Source of the DNA: Octopus sinensis
Lineage: Eukaryota
Length of the DNA stretch: 64,000 bases
Direction: 5' to 3'
Assembly: GCF_006345805.1 (NCBI RefSeq)
Contig: NC_042998.1
Span: 17,546,001 to 17,610,000 of the forward strand
The notes under the pieces are model-generated. The model searched no databases. It saw only the letters and a program-made list of their open reading frames with translations, and was not told the DNA's origin. Numbering within the stretch: the stretch's first letter is position 1; every line of letters starts with the position of its first letter. Both the position numbers and the translations under genes were made by a program. This document shows positions 14,790 through 27,710 of the stretch, piece after piece.

Positions 14790-15017
14790 ATGGTGAAGTT
14801 GTGTAATAAGGTTCTACATTTGAGAAATGAGGAATTACGTACCTTATTTACATTATTTACATTTGACGGATATTTTGTCCTCATCTTGTTTGTTGTTAAC
14901 ACGACGTTTCGCCTGATATACCCTCCAGCCTTCATAAGGTGTCTTGGGGAAATTTCGAACCTGGGTTCTCATTCCTATGGTATTTTTCAATATTATTATT
15001 ATTATTATTTGTAGTAG

Positions 15018-15053
<36 letters not shown>

Positions 15054-15194
15054 TAGTAGTAGCAGCAGCAGCAGCAGCAGCAGTAGTGGTAGTAGTAGTA
15101 GTAGTAGCAGCAGCAGCAGCAGCAGCAGTAGTGGTAGTAGTAGTAGTAGTAGCAGCAGCAGCAGCAGCAGTAGTAGCAGCAGCACTACTACTAC

Positions 15195-15229
<35 letters not shown>

Positions 15230-15230
15230 A

Positions 15231-15277
<47 letters not shown>

Positions 15278-15355
15278 TTCAGGTCACTGCCTGGAATCGA
15301 ACTCATAATCTTGGGATTCGTAGCCCGCGCTCCTTGCCACTACGCCATAAGCCCG
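14790..15355 (-). mobile_element. tRNA-headed SINE with internal trinucleotide tract and hammerhead-bearing 3' part
   Basis: Head 15355-15278: TGGCGTAGTGG (A box) and GAGTTCGATTCC (B box). This is followed by a (CTA/CTG/TAA)n tract and then an HHR at 14898-14943. Confidence 0.65.
14898..14943 (-). ncRNA. Minimal type I hammerhead ribozyme, G5U-mutated copy
   Basis: GACAC-CTTATGA-A-GGCTG gagggtatat CAGGC-GAAACGTC^GTGTT. Stem I is GACAC/GTGTT and stem III is loop-less. Confidence 0.7.
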
Positions 15356-15658
15356 TCAAATGTAAATCATATAAATAGTGAATGTGTGACTTATGTAATA
15401 CTAGGATGAGAGTTAACATTAATTACAAAACTGAAAAATTTTCTAATATATAAATTATTTTCTATAAAATGTATCTGCAACGTTCCTTAACAAGTCAATG
15501 TATTATATATATAATGGGAATAGCAGATATAAAGAATGGCACAATGCATATATAAATATATATATGCATGTATATATAAATATTTATATATACTATCTGC
15601 ATAGATATAATCTTGCACGCAAATGTATATAAACGCATATTATGATGAAATACGTAGT

Positions 15659-15998
15659 GAGGGCGCGTGGCTTAGTGGTTAGGGCATTCGGCTCATGATC
15701 GTAAGGTTGTGAGTTCGATTCCCAGCGACGCGTTGTGTCCCTGAGCAAGACACTTTATTTCACGTTGCTCCAGTCCACTCAGCTGGCAAAAATGAGTTGT
15801 ACTTGTATTTCAAAGGGTCAGCCTTGTCACTCTCTGTGTCACGCTGATTTTCCCCGAGAACTACGTTAAGGGTACACGTGTCTGTGGAATGCTCAGCCAT
15901 TTGCACGTTAATTTCACGAGCAAGCTGTTCCGTTGATCGTATCAGCTGGGACCCTCGTCGTCGTAACCGGCGGAGTCTTTTTAAATTTTTAAATTTAA
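15659..15998 (+). mobile_element. Full-length tRNA-derived SINE, family B, with 17-bp TSD
   Basis: A box TGGCTTAGTGG and B box GAGTTCGATTCC. TSD ATGATGAAATACGTAGT at 15642-15658 and 15999-16015. Confidence 0.92.
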
Positions 15999-16669
15999 AT
16001 GATGAAATACGTAGTAACATTTTTTGTCAGTCGAGTTAAATACTTTCAAATATATTTTCATTGAAATATTCCCAATCAAGAGAAATACAATCTGAAAAAT
16101 ACAAACATGTTATTAAATTTACGTGATTGAACATCTGGCAAACTGGCACCAGCTACATTGTTTATAAATATGGATACGTTTTGGGATGTATTTTCGATCT
16201 TCTATGATATACAGAATCATCTGTACGTAACACAAAATACAAGAAAATAAAATTACCTGTGTTGATTATTAATTATAATATCCAGATATTAACAAAAATT
16301 TTGAATTTATTATTTTATGATAATCTCAAGAGAAAAGTACCTAGAATGCAGATAAATTTGTGTCTAATGACGTAACGTAGTTGGTATATTCAATAATGGG
16401 TTGGATTAACGCTAAAACTCCGACTGGAACATCGACTAAAACAAAAGTGGTGTTGTAGCTGCTTAGTAAAGAATGGCTTTGAGTAGTTCATTATCGAGAA
16501 GTGCTTCTAGACTATGGACCTATGTAATGCACATGCATTTTATATAATCAAGTAGCGCCTATTTGAAACCTATAGAGGCGTAATGCGAGACAGAAGAACT
16601 ATATGAATATATATATGGAAACAACGTACTTTGATCCTTTCCATTCTCATAGGGTTAGAATAGAGAAAG

Positions 16670-18540
16670 GATCCTGGGGGGAGGCGAGATGTTGGAAAGG
16701 GGTATAAACAGCGAGATGTTTGTGTAGGTTGCAAATATGCTTGAAGGAATGAGCAGGTGGGAGTTAGAAGAAACAGAATATAACAGAATCACATTGAAGG
16801 CGGTGGATTGTATGTTGTAGAGGTGAGTGCTAAGATGGTGGCTTAGGAGAAAAGAGTTGATTTCCAGGCGCGGGAAATAAGATCAACGGCACGGTCAGAC
16901 AGAAAGAGAAGCTTTGATAAGGTGAATAACCGCATATAAATAACAGATTGCCCCTATGTTCTGCTTATTACATTTACAACTGCAGAAAGCGGAGAGACAG
17001 AGGAACTGAGATCGGAAGATGACGCATTTAATAGGTTAAGATAGGTTATGAGGTGGAAAGTTTATGGTGGAACTATGAGTCGATGGATGGCCGATAGAGA
17101 CTGTAATGGCGAGAAAATTGTGGGAGATATCAATGATGTAGTACGTGAACTGGAGAGAAGGGTGAAATAAGCTGAAGAAAGTCATGAAATAGTTTAACTC
17201 CTAATGAGAAAGAGAGGTAGTGCCGGAGAGTCGTTGCCGCAAGGATCGTGTAGCTCTTTGTTTGGACAAGAGAACTGGGAAAATGTTGTAGAAACGACAT
17301 GCAACAAATAAAATGGCGAAATTGAGTGCATTTGGAAACTCCAAATTGCGTGTGGAACAAGATATCATGAACGAAGTAGGTTAGTGTCGCCTGGGTAAAG
17401 ATTTATAAAGAGTGAAAGAAGTGACTGAGGACACGGAGAAATGGCATAGAGAGTTCATATATATAGGGAAAATGAGGTTTGAACCGCCCAGAAAACGGAG
17501 ATGGAATTGAAGAGGCAGAGAGCATGGTTGCCGTCAGAGATGTCAGAGGGGAGTGAATTATCCAGGAATGCGTGGGTGGTGGTGAGACAGACGCTCTGAG
17601 AAAGGTAAGTTGGACTATTACGGACAGAACTGCTGCGATATTACAGGGTTTTCGGTTTTATGCATGTTACTGAGAAAATATATGGTGGCGGTGTGAGTGA
17701 CGCAGATGATATGGTTTGTTGCTGAACTGAGGAAAAGGAAGATAAACGTGGGCTGTAAAACGGTGGGGGTGATACGTTTATGGTAGCGGAGAGTCAGAGG
17801 GTAAAGAAAGATAGAATGGAAGTTTTCTGAACTGTATCACTGCTTCACTTCTATAGACAGCTCCCCAACACAACACTACTGCATCATTGTTTCTTTTTGG
17901 TTAAATGTCGATATCGTTAGGACATCAAATGTACGAGAGAGCAAATAATTCTGACGAAATATTAGTTCTTTATAAATACTTTTGGAAGTCAAAACATTCT
18001 AACGCATTAATTCACTGCTCCAGGATACTGAACGTCTTTTGGCTCAGCGTCCTGTAAGTTAGTCGGCAGATCTGGTCTGTGAAGTAATCAGAGATGCTTT
18101 GTGCAGTAGATTGCAACTAAAAAGTATTATACAGTGCAATAATCATTCCATTCAACGTAGGCCTGGAACTCGAGCGCCAGGGGTATGAATCGCAGATTCT
18201 TGTTAACAAGGTAAATGAGCTTCGGAATATATCGATCATGAGGCCGGGGGTGAGGAGAATACGCACAGTCAACTGTTTTGACCGTGAGGTTAGAATGTAA
18301 GATATGGTTGTAGAGTAAGTTCATGTTTGCTTGCTATGCGATTGAATAGGAGTGATGCAGGGTGTGAGAAAGGCACGGGTAGAAGAATAGGGGTGGAAGA
18401 TGTATGCGCGCACTTGTAACAGGGTGGGTGAAGTACGGAAATGGAAAGCATAGGGAGGCAGAATGGAAATGATGCTGGAATTATTGGTGTGGATAGAATA
18501 CTTCTGGAACGGTGGATCTCGACCCAGATACATCAGCATA
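16670..18540 (-). mobile_element. Heavily decayed PLE-like ORF remnant
   Basis: Purine-skewed non-microsatellite block with faint PLE RT/linker-like peptides on the minus strand (NLLYNHILHS, STRAFLTP, PPGS). Confidence 0.3.
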
Positions 18541-18730
18541 ATGTGTTAGAACCATAAAATATAGAAGCCGTTAGTTGTTGATAATCATGTACTTCTCAAT
18601 AACAGGAAAAAAAAAATTCGGATATACACATCACAACTTGTTTCAATAAGCATTGAAATAAGTAAGTCGTATTCATTAGTATTTCTGAAACTCATTCTTG
18701 ATGTGTGCATGTGAGTGTATATACATACAC

Positions 18731-18842
<112 letters not shown>

Positions 18843-19356
18843 CGCTAGAAGCGTGTAAAAATTACCTGTTAATTGTAGTTTTCTCTTGTGTTTAAATGTA
18901 CACTATTTTATATTGAGAATATATTGTATATTGATTATTTATACATGCTAGGCCACTGGTGGCGATATTTATAAGAATACTCGCTACCCCATATATGTAT
19001 ATGTATATGTATATATAATATACATATACATATATACATATACATATATTAGTCCTGACACCGTATATTAACCGGTGTTGTTCAAACGATGAATAGCCTT
19101 CGCGTAAACTACTGGTTCGTTTTGTTCTCTTACTTTATTATCATCTTATAATCACCTCATAATAATGACCTTTATGACTTGTATTACTACCTCAGTCAAT
19201 CTAAATGTATATATTTGTCACTACCTGTCATAAATGACCTTTTTCCATTTGCAATATGCATTTTCGTTGATTTTTCATATTTTACCCTTACATTTCCACG
19301 TGTATTTTATATTTTCTTTTCGAAACATATTTCTACTATATATATATATATATATA

Positions 19357-20164
19357 TTATATAAAAGGGCTTAGTAAAATAAATTACTTTGCCGCATACT
19401 GAACTCATTAGAAATAGCAGCTAAAAAACTTTTTTAAAGCTATTTCTAATACTTAAAGAAAATCTCTCTCATATATAGTGTTTGCTTAATTCAACTCACA
19501 AAAGTTTGGGGTAAGGACATCGAAAAATCAAATGCTAAGGTTATTTGAGAACGTACGTTTCAAGATTAGTCAAAACAACACTTCTATCATCAGCTCAGAA
19601 ATTCCTTGGTTTGGATTTGGAAACACTGAAAATAAGAACATACCCTTTCGAAGATCTGCTCGTAACTAACAGTGCCAACAAATTCAAATAAGCAAGCGAA
19701 GAATCTCTGTTCTCCCCTTTCCACCAGCGTGGGTTAAAATCATCAAACACTATGCTTATTTCGGTAAAATCCGAAGCATTAATCAGAGGGAGATTAATTA
19801 TAATTTCAACAATTGAGGGCAAAATTAATTAATTATTAATCAATTTCACCAAGTGTTCAGTATGCAAAGGGACCATTCAAGGCGAATTCAAATTATTACA
19901 TTATATAAAAGGGCTTAGTAAAATAAATTACTTTGCCGCATACTGAACTCATTAGAAATAGCAGCTAAAAAACTTTTTTAAAGCTATTTCTAATACTTAA
20001 AGAAAATCTCTCTCATATATAGTGTTTGCTTAATTCAACTCACAAAAGTTTGGGGGTAAGGACATCGAAAAATCAAATGCTAAGGTTATTTGAGAACGTC
20101 CCTTTGCATACTGAACACTTGGTGAAATTGATTAATAATTAATTAATTTTGCCCTCAATTGTTG

Positions 20165-20170
<6 letters not shown>
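19357..20170 (-). mobile_element. Retrozyme/pLTR-like non-coding element: ~1.4 tandem units plus terminal inversion, inserted in (TA)n
   Basis: 19357-19554 repeats at 19901-20099 (offset 544-545). 20098-20170 is the reverse complement of 19801-19873. Contains an HHR. Confidence 0.75.
19535..19609 (-). ncRNA. Type I hammerhead ribozyme with intact core
   Basis: AAGG aatttc TGAG-CTGATGA-tag AAG...CTT-GAAAC gtac GTT^CTCA aataa CCTT. Extended stem I has an internal loop, stem III is palindromic, and stem II is short. Confidence 0.72.
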
Positions 20171-20207
<37 letters not shown>

Positions 20208-20208
<1 letters not shown>

Positions 20209-20523
20209 AGTCATCTTCGTAGTCATAAAGCGAGACAGATGAGTGACAACCTGGCCACTAGTGGTGGTGTTGTACACCATACTAACCATATCTGTCAGGC
20301 ATGTGGAAGAGAGTGTAATTCGGCAGGAGGACTTAAACGACATGCACAGGTACATGAAGCCCAGTTACAACTACAGCCGGCTATTACCGGTAAAGGTTTT
20401 AGCTGCCAATTCCGTACAAGACATTGTAGATCTTTAGCTGGGCTAAAATGTCATACGATCACAGCACCAATGACAGTTAAGCTTCGTGCAATGGCCATAC
20501 TCGATAACGAGGGGGCAGCCATC
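20208..20523 (+). mobile_element. RTE/BovB-type LINE 3' end
   Basis: Repeated C-terminal Cys/His motif (HICQACGRECNSAGGLKRH; CRSLAGLKCH) and the tail GCCATACTCGATAACGAGGGGGCAGCC. Flanked by (TA)n. Confidence 0.65.
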
Positions 20524-21059
20524 ATATATATATTATATATATATATATATATATAATATATATATATATATGCCTACGCACACACGCATACACACACACA
20601 TAGAGGGTCAGGTGTGTATGTTTGTATTCTATTAATAAATCTAGCTCTTCTTCAGGAATTTCTAACACTCATACATCTGAATAATTCATATTTTCAACCA
20701 CGACTATTTACTGGCTAATACTATAGCAAGAGGTCTGTAAGATATTATAAGAACATATATGTAATAGTGGTTACGTTTGCATCAATGAATATATGCAAGG
20801 TACTCAACACCTGTTACTCTCCAGTTTTCAAAAATTTAATACTACATCAAATGATAGTTTTCAGAACTCAGCTTGTATTTATTCTTCTGATATTACTTCA
20901 TAGTACTGTCTAAAATGCGGTCCTGCGATGTTATTTTTGCGATATCTCTACTCTCATCAGCTAGACAGTTCACGTTAGATGTACTAAGTGAAGCTTATCT
21001 TTGTATATTATATTAATTGAGGTATATATACATATGTATGTGTATTTATACATACACAT

Positions 21060-21340
21060 ACGCATATGCAAGTATATGTGACTGCGCACATGAACACGCA
21101 GAACACGCACAAACGCTCACATACATACATGCATACATTCATACATACATACATAATATATACGCATACACAAACACATATGCAAGTATATGTGAGTGCC
21201 CACAAGCACACACAAAACACGAAACACACACACACTCACATACATACATACATAATATATACGCATACACAAACACATATGCAAGTATATGTGAGTGCCC
21301 ACAAGCATACACAAAACACGACACACACACACTCACATAC
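21060..21340. repeat. ~100-bp tandem repeat of microsatellite-derived sequence (about 2.5-3 copies)
   Basis: CATATGCAAGTATATGTGA recurs at ~21063, ~21177 and ~21276. Confidence 0.85.
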
Positions 21341-21353
21341 ATACATACATACA

Positions 21354-21387
<34 letters not shown>

Positions 21388-22014
21388 CATATATGCGCAC
21401 ACACACGCGTATAGTTTGTGTGTGTTCTTGTACGCGTGTAAGTATGTACGTAAGCATATATGTATATATATATACATGTGTGCATCTCTGTGAATCTCTA
21501 TGTTGGCTTTTGTGTCGACATTTTGCCTACATCAATACGTTTTGTTGTATGACTATATGTGCTTTTGCTATTAACCAGGCTATACTGAATATAAACAATG
21601 TTAGGTGCAAAGACTTGCTTTGGTAGACATGACGCGTTAAACGCATTTGTTAATATGCTGATATAGGTTATTTTAATTCACTCTTTTGTGTTTTTAGGTT
21701 CAGTCGAATGCACAGACATATGGAAGGACCTTCTATATAAAAAAAGCAATTTGTTACATATTAAAACTCAACTTAACGTTTTTAACTTTTGTAAAAGCGT
21801 TTGGTCTGATACCTATGCAAACAAGTTTGATACACTCTTATTTAAGTAGGTAATAGTCCCTGAATACCCATTTTACCATGTTCACTTTATATATATGCAC
21901 GCGTGTTTCTGTGTTGTAGATATAGATATACATACATATATATGCTGTGTGTCTGTGTGTGTGTACGTGCGTATGTGTGTGTATGTGTGTGTATGTGTAT
22001 ATATTATATATATA

Positions 22015-22145
<131 letters not shown>

Positions 22146-22422
22146 TTTATCCGCATATATACATACACATAAATATTATATACATATGCATCTAAATGTG
22201 AATGTGTGTGGCGTGTACACATACATATTAAGCATATAATGATATTCATTGATGGCCTCAGATGTAGGCATCCGTATATATTATATATTCACATATACGC
22301 ATGTATACATGTATATTTAGTATTTGCTACACACATGCATCATATATACTCATAGTTACACACCTATATATTCTGATATATTTAATGATGTAGATACAAA
22401 GAACTATTTCTATGCACATTTG

Positions 22423-22460
<38 letters not shown>

Positions 22461-23416
22461 TATATATGAAAGGTCTGTGTATGTGTGTATATTTGTATAT
22501 GTAATGGTATAAGTGCGTGTGCGTATACGTGTGTTGGTGTGCATGCTTGTGTGTGCGGGGTGTTAGCGCCTTTCATACTAATGTATCATCGCTGGAGTAT
22601 TGGTGTATGGAAGGTGTGCAAATGAATCTGCTCGACGTCATTACTATATACATTTCGATAGAGAATATCACTTTTGAATGTACGTAAGTTATTGCCTGAT
22701 ATGTTTATTGTTGATGTTTCGCTCTGTTGATTCGCATTTGTACGTGTGCTTCTATATTGCAGTTTTGCTTTTGTTAGTACTCGAAAACTGTGCTACACAG
22801 CAAAGTAATTCTGTCGAGTCACTTTGTTGATTGCAACCGAATGCCATAAAATGTAAATGGACATGAGTCGGGTGAACACAAGTGAACACTGAGAAAATTA
22901 AAGGACTTACGAATTCAGAAAAGAAAAACTGTGTTTCATGTTCCATAATATTACACATTAATGTTTAAGTGTTTTCACTATGTTCTTTTCATTTTTTGCA
23001 ACGTTAAATGTATTTATATTGGGGAACATATCTCAATCAGTGCGCTTCTATTAGTTTATTAGTTTACCCTGTTGATATTTCATGTTTTCTGTCCTATATG
23101 CAATATGTTTTTTGTTTTGTCATTCCAATTGACCTTAATTATTTCAGCCATCTCTCAATGTGAGATAGTCATAATAACCTAATATTAAGATTTATGCTGA
23201 CCATGGGAGTAAATGGCCAATATTTTGCAATTCATTTTTGGAATACCCTATCGTTACGGGAGTTTCTGGAAATATACGTAGCAATGCATTAAAGGATTTA
23301 CGAATTCTCTACATGTGATGAATTTCGGTATTAGGTTGAGTGCTTCCCTAAATATACACTAATACCCTACTAGGACCTCTGGATGTATATATATATATAA
23401 TATATATATATATATA

Positions 23417-23467
<51 letters not shown>

Positions 23468-23470
23468 TGT

Positions 23471-23749
23471 GTGTATACATACTTATATATATATATATGT
23501 ATCGGCGAGCTGGCAGAAACGTTAGCGTTGGCAGAAATGCTTAGCGGTATTTCGTCTGTCGTTACGTTCTAAGTTCAAATTCCGCCGAGGTCGACTTTAC
23601 CTTTCATTCTTTCGGGATCGATAAATAAAGTACCAATTTCGCACTGGGGTCGATGTAATCGACTTACCCCCTTTTTCTGTCCTTGTTTGTCCCCTCTATG
23701 TTTAGCACCTTGTGTCAGTAAAGAAATATATATATATATATATATATAT

Positions 23750-23789
<40 letters not shown>

Positions 23790-24175
23790 GCATATATGTA
23801 TATATATACAAATATATGTGCGTGTGTAAGAGTGAGTGCGTGCGGGAGTGTGCGCACGTGTGTGTATGCGTATGCATGTATAATATATATATAATGTGTG
23901 TGTGTGTGTGTGTGTTGTGTGTGTATACATACTTATATATATATATATGTATCGGCGAGCTGGCAGAAACGTCAGCGTTGGCAGAAATGCTTAGCGGTAT
24001 TTCGTCTGTCGTTACGTTCTGAGTTCAAATTCCGCCGAGGTCGACTTTACCTTTCATTCTTTCGGGGTCGATAAATAAAGTACCAATTTCGCACTGGGGT
24101 CGATGTAATCGACTTACTCCCTTTTTCTGTCCTTGTTTGTCCCCTCTATGTTTAGCACCTTGTGTCAGTAAAGAA

Positions 24176-24252
<77 letters not shown>

Positions 24253-24358
24253 TTATGCATATATGTATATATATACAAATATATGTGCGTGTGTAAGAGT
24301 GAGTGCGTGCGGGAGTGTGCGCACGTGTGTGTATGCGTATGCATGTATAATATATATA

Positions 24359-24390
<32 letters not shown>
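23471..24390 (+). repeat. 450-bp tandem duplication containing two near-identical SINE A copies
   Basis: GTGTATACATACTT...ATCGGCGAGCTGGCAG at 23471 and 23921. The units are bounded by (TG)n. Confidence 0.92.
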
Positions 24391-24392
<2 letters not shown>

Positions 24393-24821
24393 ATACATGC
24401 ATATATACATGTATGTATATATGTATACACACACTGACACACACACACACACACATATATATATACACACATAAATACAAAATATATATATATTGTGTGT
24501 GTGTGCACCTGCACATTTTCTACTATTTTCTGGGCAATATTAACTCCAACATTTTAAACCTTCATAGCTCTACACCGAGCATGCGTATGTACCTGTGTTT
24601 GTGTTTCTCTTTCTCTTTCTGTCTATCACTCTTTTTCTCACTGTATGATTTTGTACTGTTTATAGCAGAACTAATTTCTGTTCACAGGTTATGACATTCA
24701 TTACCCCAACGATTTGTTGTTATCTACTCGATCCTTGTTTCCTATAAGATTTTAGAGACACGTGTACTCTCCTTATCTTGTTATGAAGTCACCATGTCCC
24801 GCACATATGTTTGTGATTCAT

Positions 24822-24930
24822 CTACCTGGTGTACCCTTATCAGACGGGTAGTCATGATGGGTATACTGGGCTTCGTATATTTTTCCCCAGTGTCACTTTG
24901 ATGGCATGCACTGCTCTCTCACTCAATAAA
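24822..24930 (+). mobile_element. 3' fragment of the Dong-associated non-autonomous element
   Basis: Reverse-complement match to 55178-55280. Ends CTCTCTCACTC-AATAA. Confidence 0.8.
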
Positions 24931-26094
24931 GAAATAATTTATTTCATTAATTTGTAGCATCCTAATTCTGAACTATGAAATGAAATAAATACCTTCGACT
25001 ATGACTTATTGCAGATATTAAATATTAATGAAATAAGGAATGCAATCAGTGGAGATTGAGGAAGTGTAGTGGTATTTCATTCTATATACTACCTATCACT
25101 ACGGCACAAAGCAGCCACTGCGGTGGAGAACATATTTCTTTCGAATCATCCTGAACCACTTCGCATTAGAACAATTCGGATTTCGGTCGGAATAGACGTG
25201 AACGGTTTTTTTTCTTTTTTTGTTTTCAGTTTTATGACACGAAAATTATGAATATTCTTATATGATTCTATTCAAGGAAATCTAACGTTCCTATATATTT
25301 TTGAATTTCAAACTTTGGATTTGCCTCTTAGCATGCTCTGCTTAAATAACGAAAGTATTAAATGATAGATATACGATCGTAAACAATATTTTTTGTCCGC
25401 TGGCATTCTGCTTGTTATGAAATTTTTCCGGTTAATTTCAATGGATAGAAAAATTTAACTATATTTTATAATTATTATGAATCTTTTGCTAAACAAGATA
25501 CAGTTGAAGTTTTTCTGTATATGTTCATACACACCAATACATCTAAACATACACTTGCACTTACACAATAAAACGTAAAAAAACACATTTATGACTCAAA
25601 CGCTTGGGAAAAATTTCCATTAGTCGTATTACAGTTTGTATCTCAATTCCCAGCTATGGGTGCATGCAAGGTAGTGTATTTTGGCACTTTGTTTTTGTAC
25701 TGCATGGTATCAAAATCGCATTACAAAGTGCTGCCGGGTGGACAAGTGGTATAATCTTCTGCAATCTTGGATTGACTCAAGATTTCTGAGTAAGTTTTTT
25801 GTTGGCGGTAAAGTTTTCGCTGATGGAAGAAAAGTGTTCATATTCGTAGGAGAGACGACTCTGCTTCGTATGTGTTAGTTGTAATCCGTAGTAGGGCTTA
25901 ATACCATTATCTTGTTCTTGCATTGCACACATTCGGACCAGGTTTCCATTCTAACGATAACTTGTTTCCTTGCCCTCATTAGTGGCGTCGTAAAGAGTCA
26001 TATGCACTTATCGTTCATTTAACGTATAAATATAAAAATAAGTAAATAAAAAAACAAGTTATATCTTGAATGTTTCAATGCATTAGAAAAGTAC

Positions 26095-27310
26095 GGTGGC
26101 TGTGTGGTAAGAATTTTGCGCCCCAACCACAGGATTCTAGAAACATTCTCAATGCGTAGAAACTTCGAGAATTGTCTTCCTTATTAAGCGCCGGTCTGGC
26201 CAAAGCCTAGGTTTAATAGAGGAAATATGATTGAGAATACCTGTTTTTGTGTTTGGCCCACGTCACGGCTTAACGGCCGGCGTTAGTTTGTCTACGTCCC
26301 TGTAATCTAGCGGCTTTGCGAAAACTACCGATAGAATAAGAACTAGGTTTACAATAATAACAATTACAGGATTCGATTTCTTCGAGTAAACTCTTCAATG
26401 CGATACCACAGTAACTCCGAAATCTAATGGCTGAAAAAAGATAGAATATAAATGATAAACCACGGATATAGATATATATGTGTGACAATGGATATAAATT
26501 TCTCGGTAATTTAAAATCAAATGTAATGCCGTCAGAATCAGCCGGCAACCACTTGATTCCGGATTCAATCCCACTGCGTAGCATCTTGAGAAAGAATTTT
26601 CTGCTAATATCTTCCACCCACCAAAGCCTTATAGGCGCAAGATTGGCTGTGTGGTAAGTAGCTTGCTTACCAACAACATGGTTCCGGGTTCAGTCCCACT
26701 GCGTGGCACCTTGGGCAAGTGTCTTCTACTATAGCCTCGGGCTAACCAAAACCTTGTGAGTGGATTCGTAGACGGAAACTGAAAGAAGCCCGTCGCATAT
26801 ATGTATATATATATGTATGTGTGTGTGTGTGTTTGTCCCCCTAGCATTGCTTCACAACCGATGCTGGTGTGTTTAAGTTCTCCGATAGAATAAGTGCTAG
26901 GCTTACAAAGAATAAGTCCCGGGGTCGATTTGCTCGACTAAAGGCGGTGCTCCAGCATCGCCGCAGTCAAATGACTGAAACAAGTAAAAGACTAAAAGAG
27001 TAAAGAGTAAAGAGAGTCATTTGATAACAATGTTGTCTTGAGTTTCTTTTCCTATTTGTCTTGGCTATTTGGAATTGCAGGAATTACAAGTTATTGAAAT
27101 TTAAATTTATAGGCGCAGGCGTGGCTGTGTAATAAGAAGCTTGCCCCGTAACCACTTGATTCCGGATTCATTCCCACTACGTAGCATCTTGAGAAAGGAT
27201 TTTATGCTAATATCTTCCATCCACCAAAGCCTTATAAACGGATTTCGTAGGCGGAAACTGAAACAAATCCGGCATCTATATATATACATAAATATATATA
27301 TATATATATA

Positions 27311-27362
<52 letters not shown>

Positions 27363-27401
27363 TCTATATATATATATATAAGTACACACACACGTAAACA
27401 G

Positions 27402-27448
<47 letters not shown>

Positions 27449-27710
27449 GTGTGTGTGTGTGCGTGTGTGTGTATATGCATGTATATATGTATGAGTCTAT
27501 GTGTTTGTGTGTATGTATGTGTGTGTGTTTTCGTGCGTGATAACAGGTGTTGGTATGTTTGCGTCCCCATGATGTATCAGTTTGTCAACATAGACCGATA
27601 AAGTAAGAACCAGGCTTTTAAAAGAAATAAGTCCTGGGTTTGATTATTCAAGATGTTGCTCCAGCATAACCTTAGACTAATGATTGAAACAAGAAAAGGG
27701 TAAAAGATTA
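26095..27710 (+). mobile_element. Cluster of tRNA-derived SINE family C copies (best copy 26632-27015)
   Basis: TGGCTGTGTGGTAAG A-box region, GGGTTCAGTCCC B box, internal (TA)/(TG) tract, and tail GGCGGTGCTCCAGCAT...CTGAAACAAGTAAAAG. Copies start near 26095, 26545 (partial), 26632 and 27110. Confidence 0.85.

Noticed and set aside
15659-15730. Functional tRNA gene (also 15278-15355 and 26632-26710)
   Set aside because: These are SINE heads with no complete acceptor stem, continuing into repeat bodies. One has a TSD.
20149-20556. C2H2 zinc-finger host gene
   Set aside because: The Cys/His motifs are followed by an RTE-like tail and flanked by (TA)n, so a LINE C-terminus explains them better. 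No splice structure.
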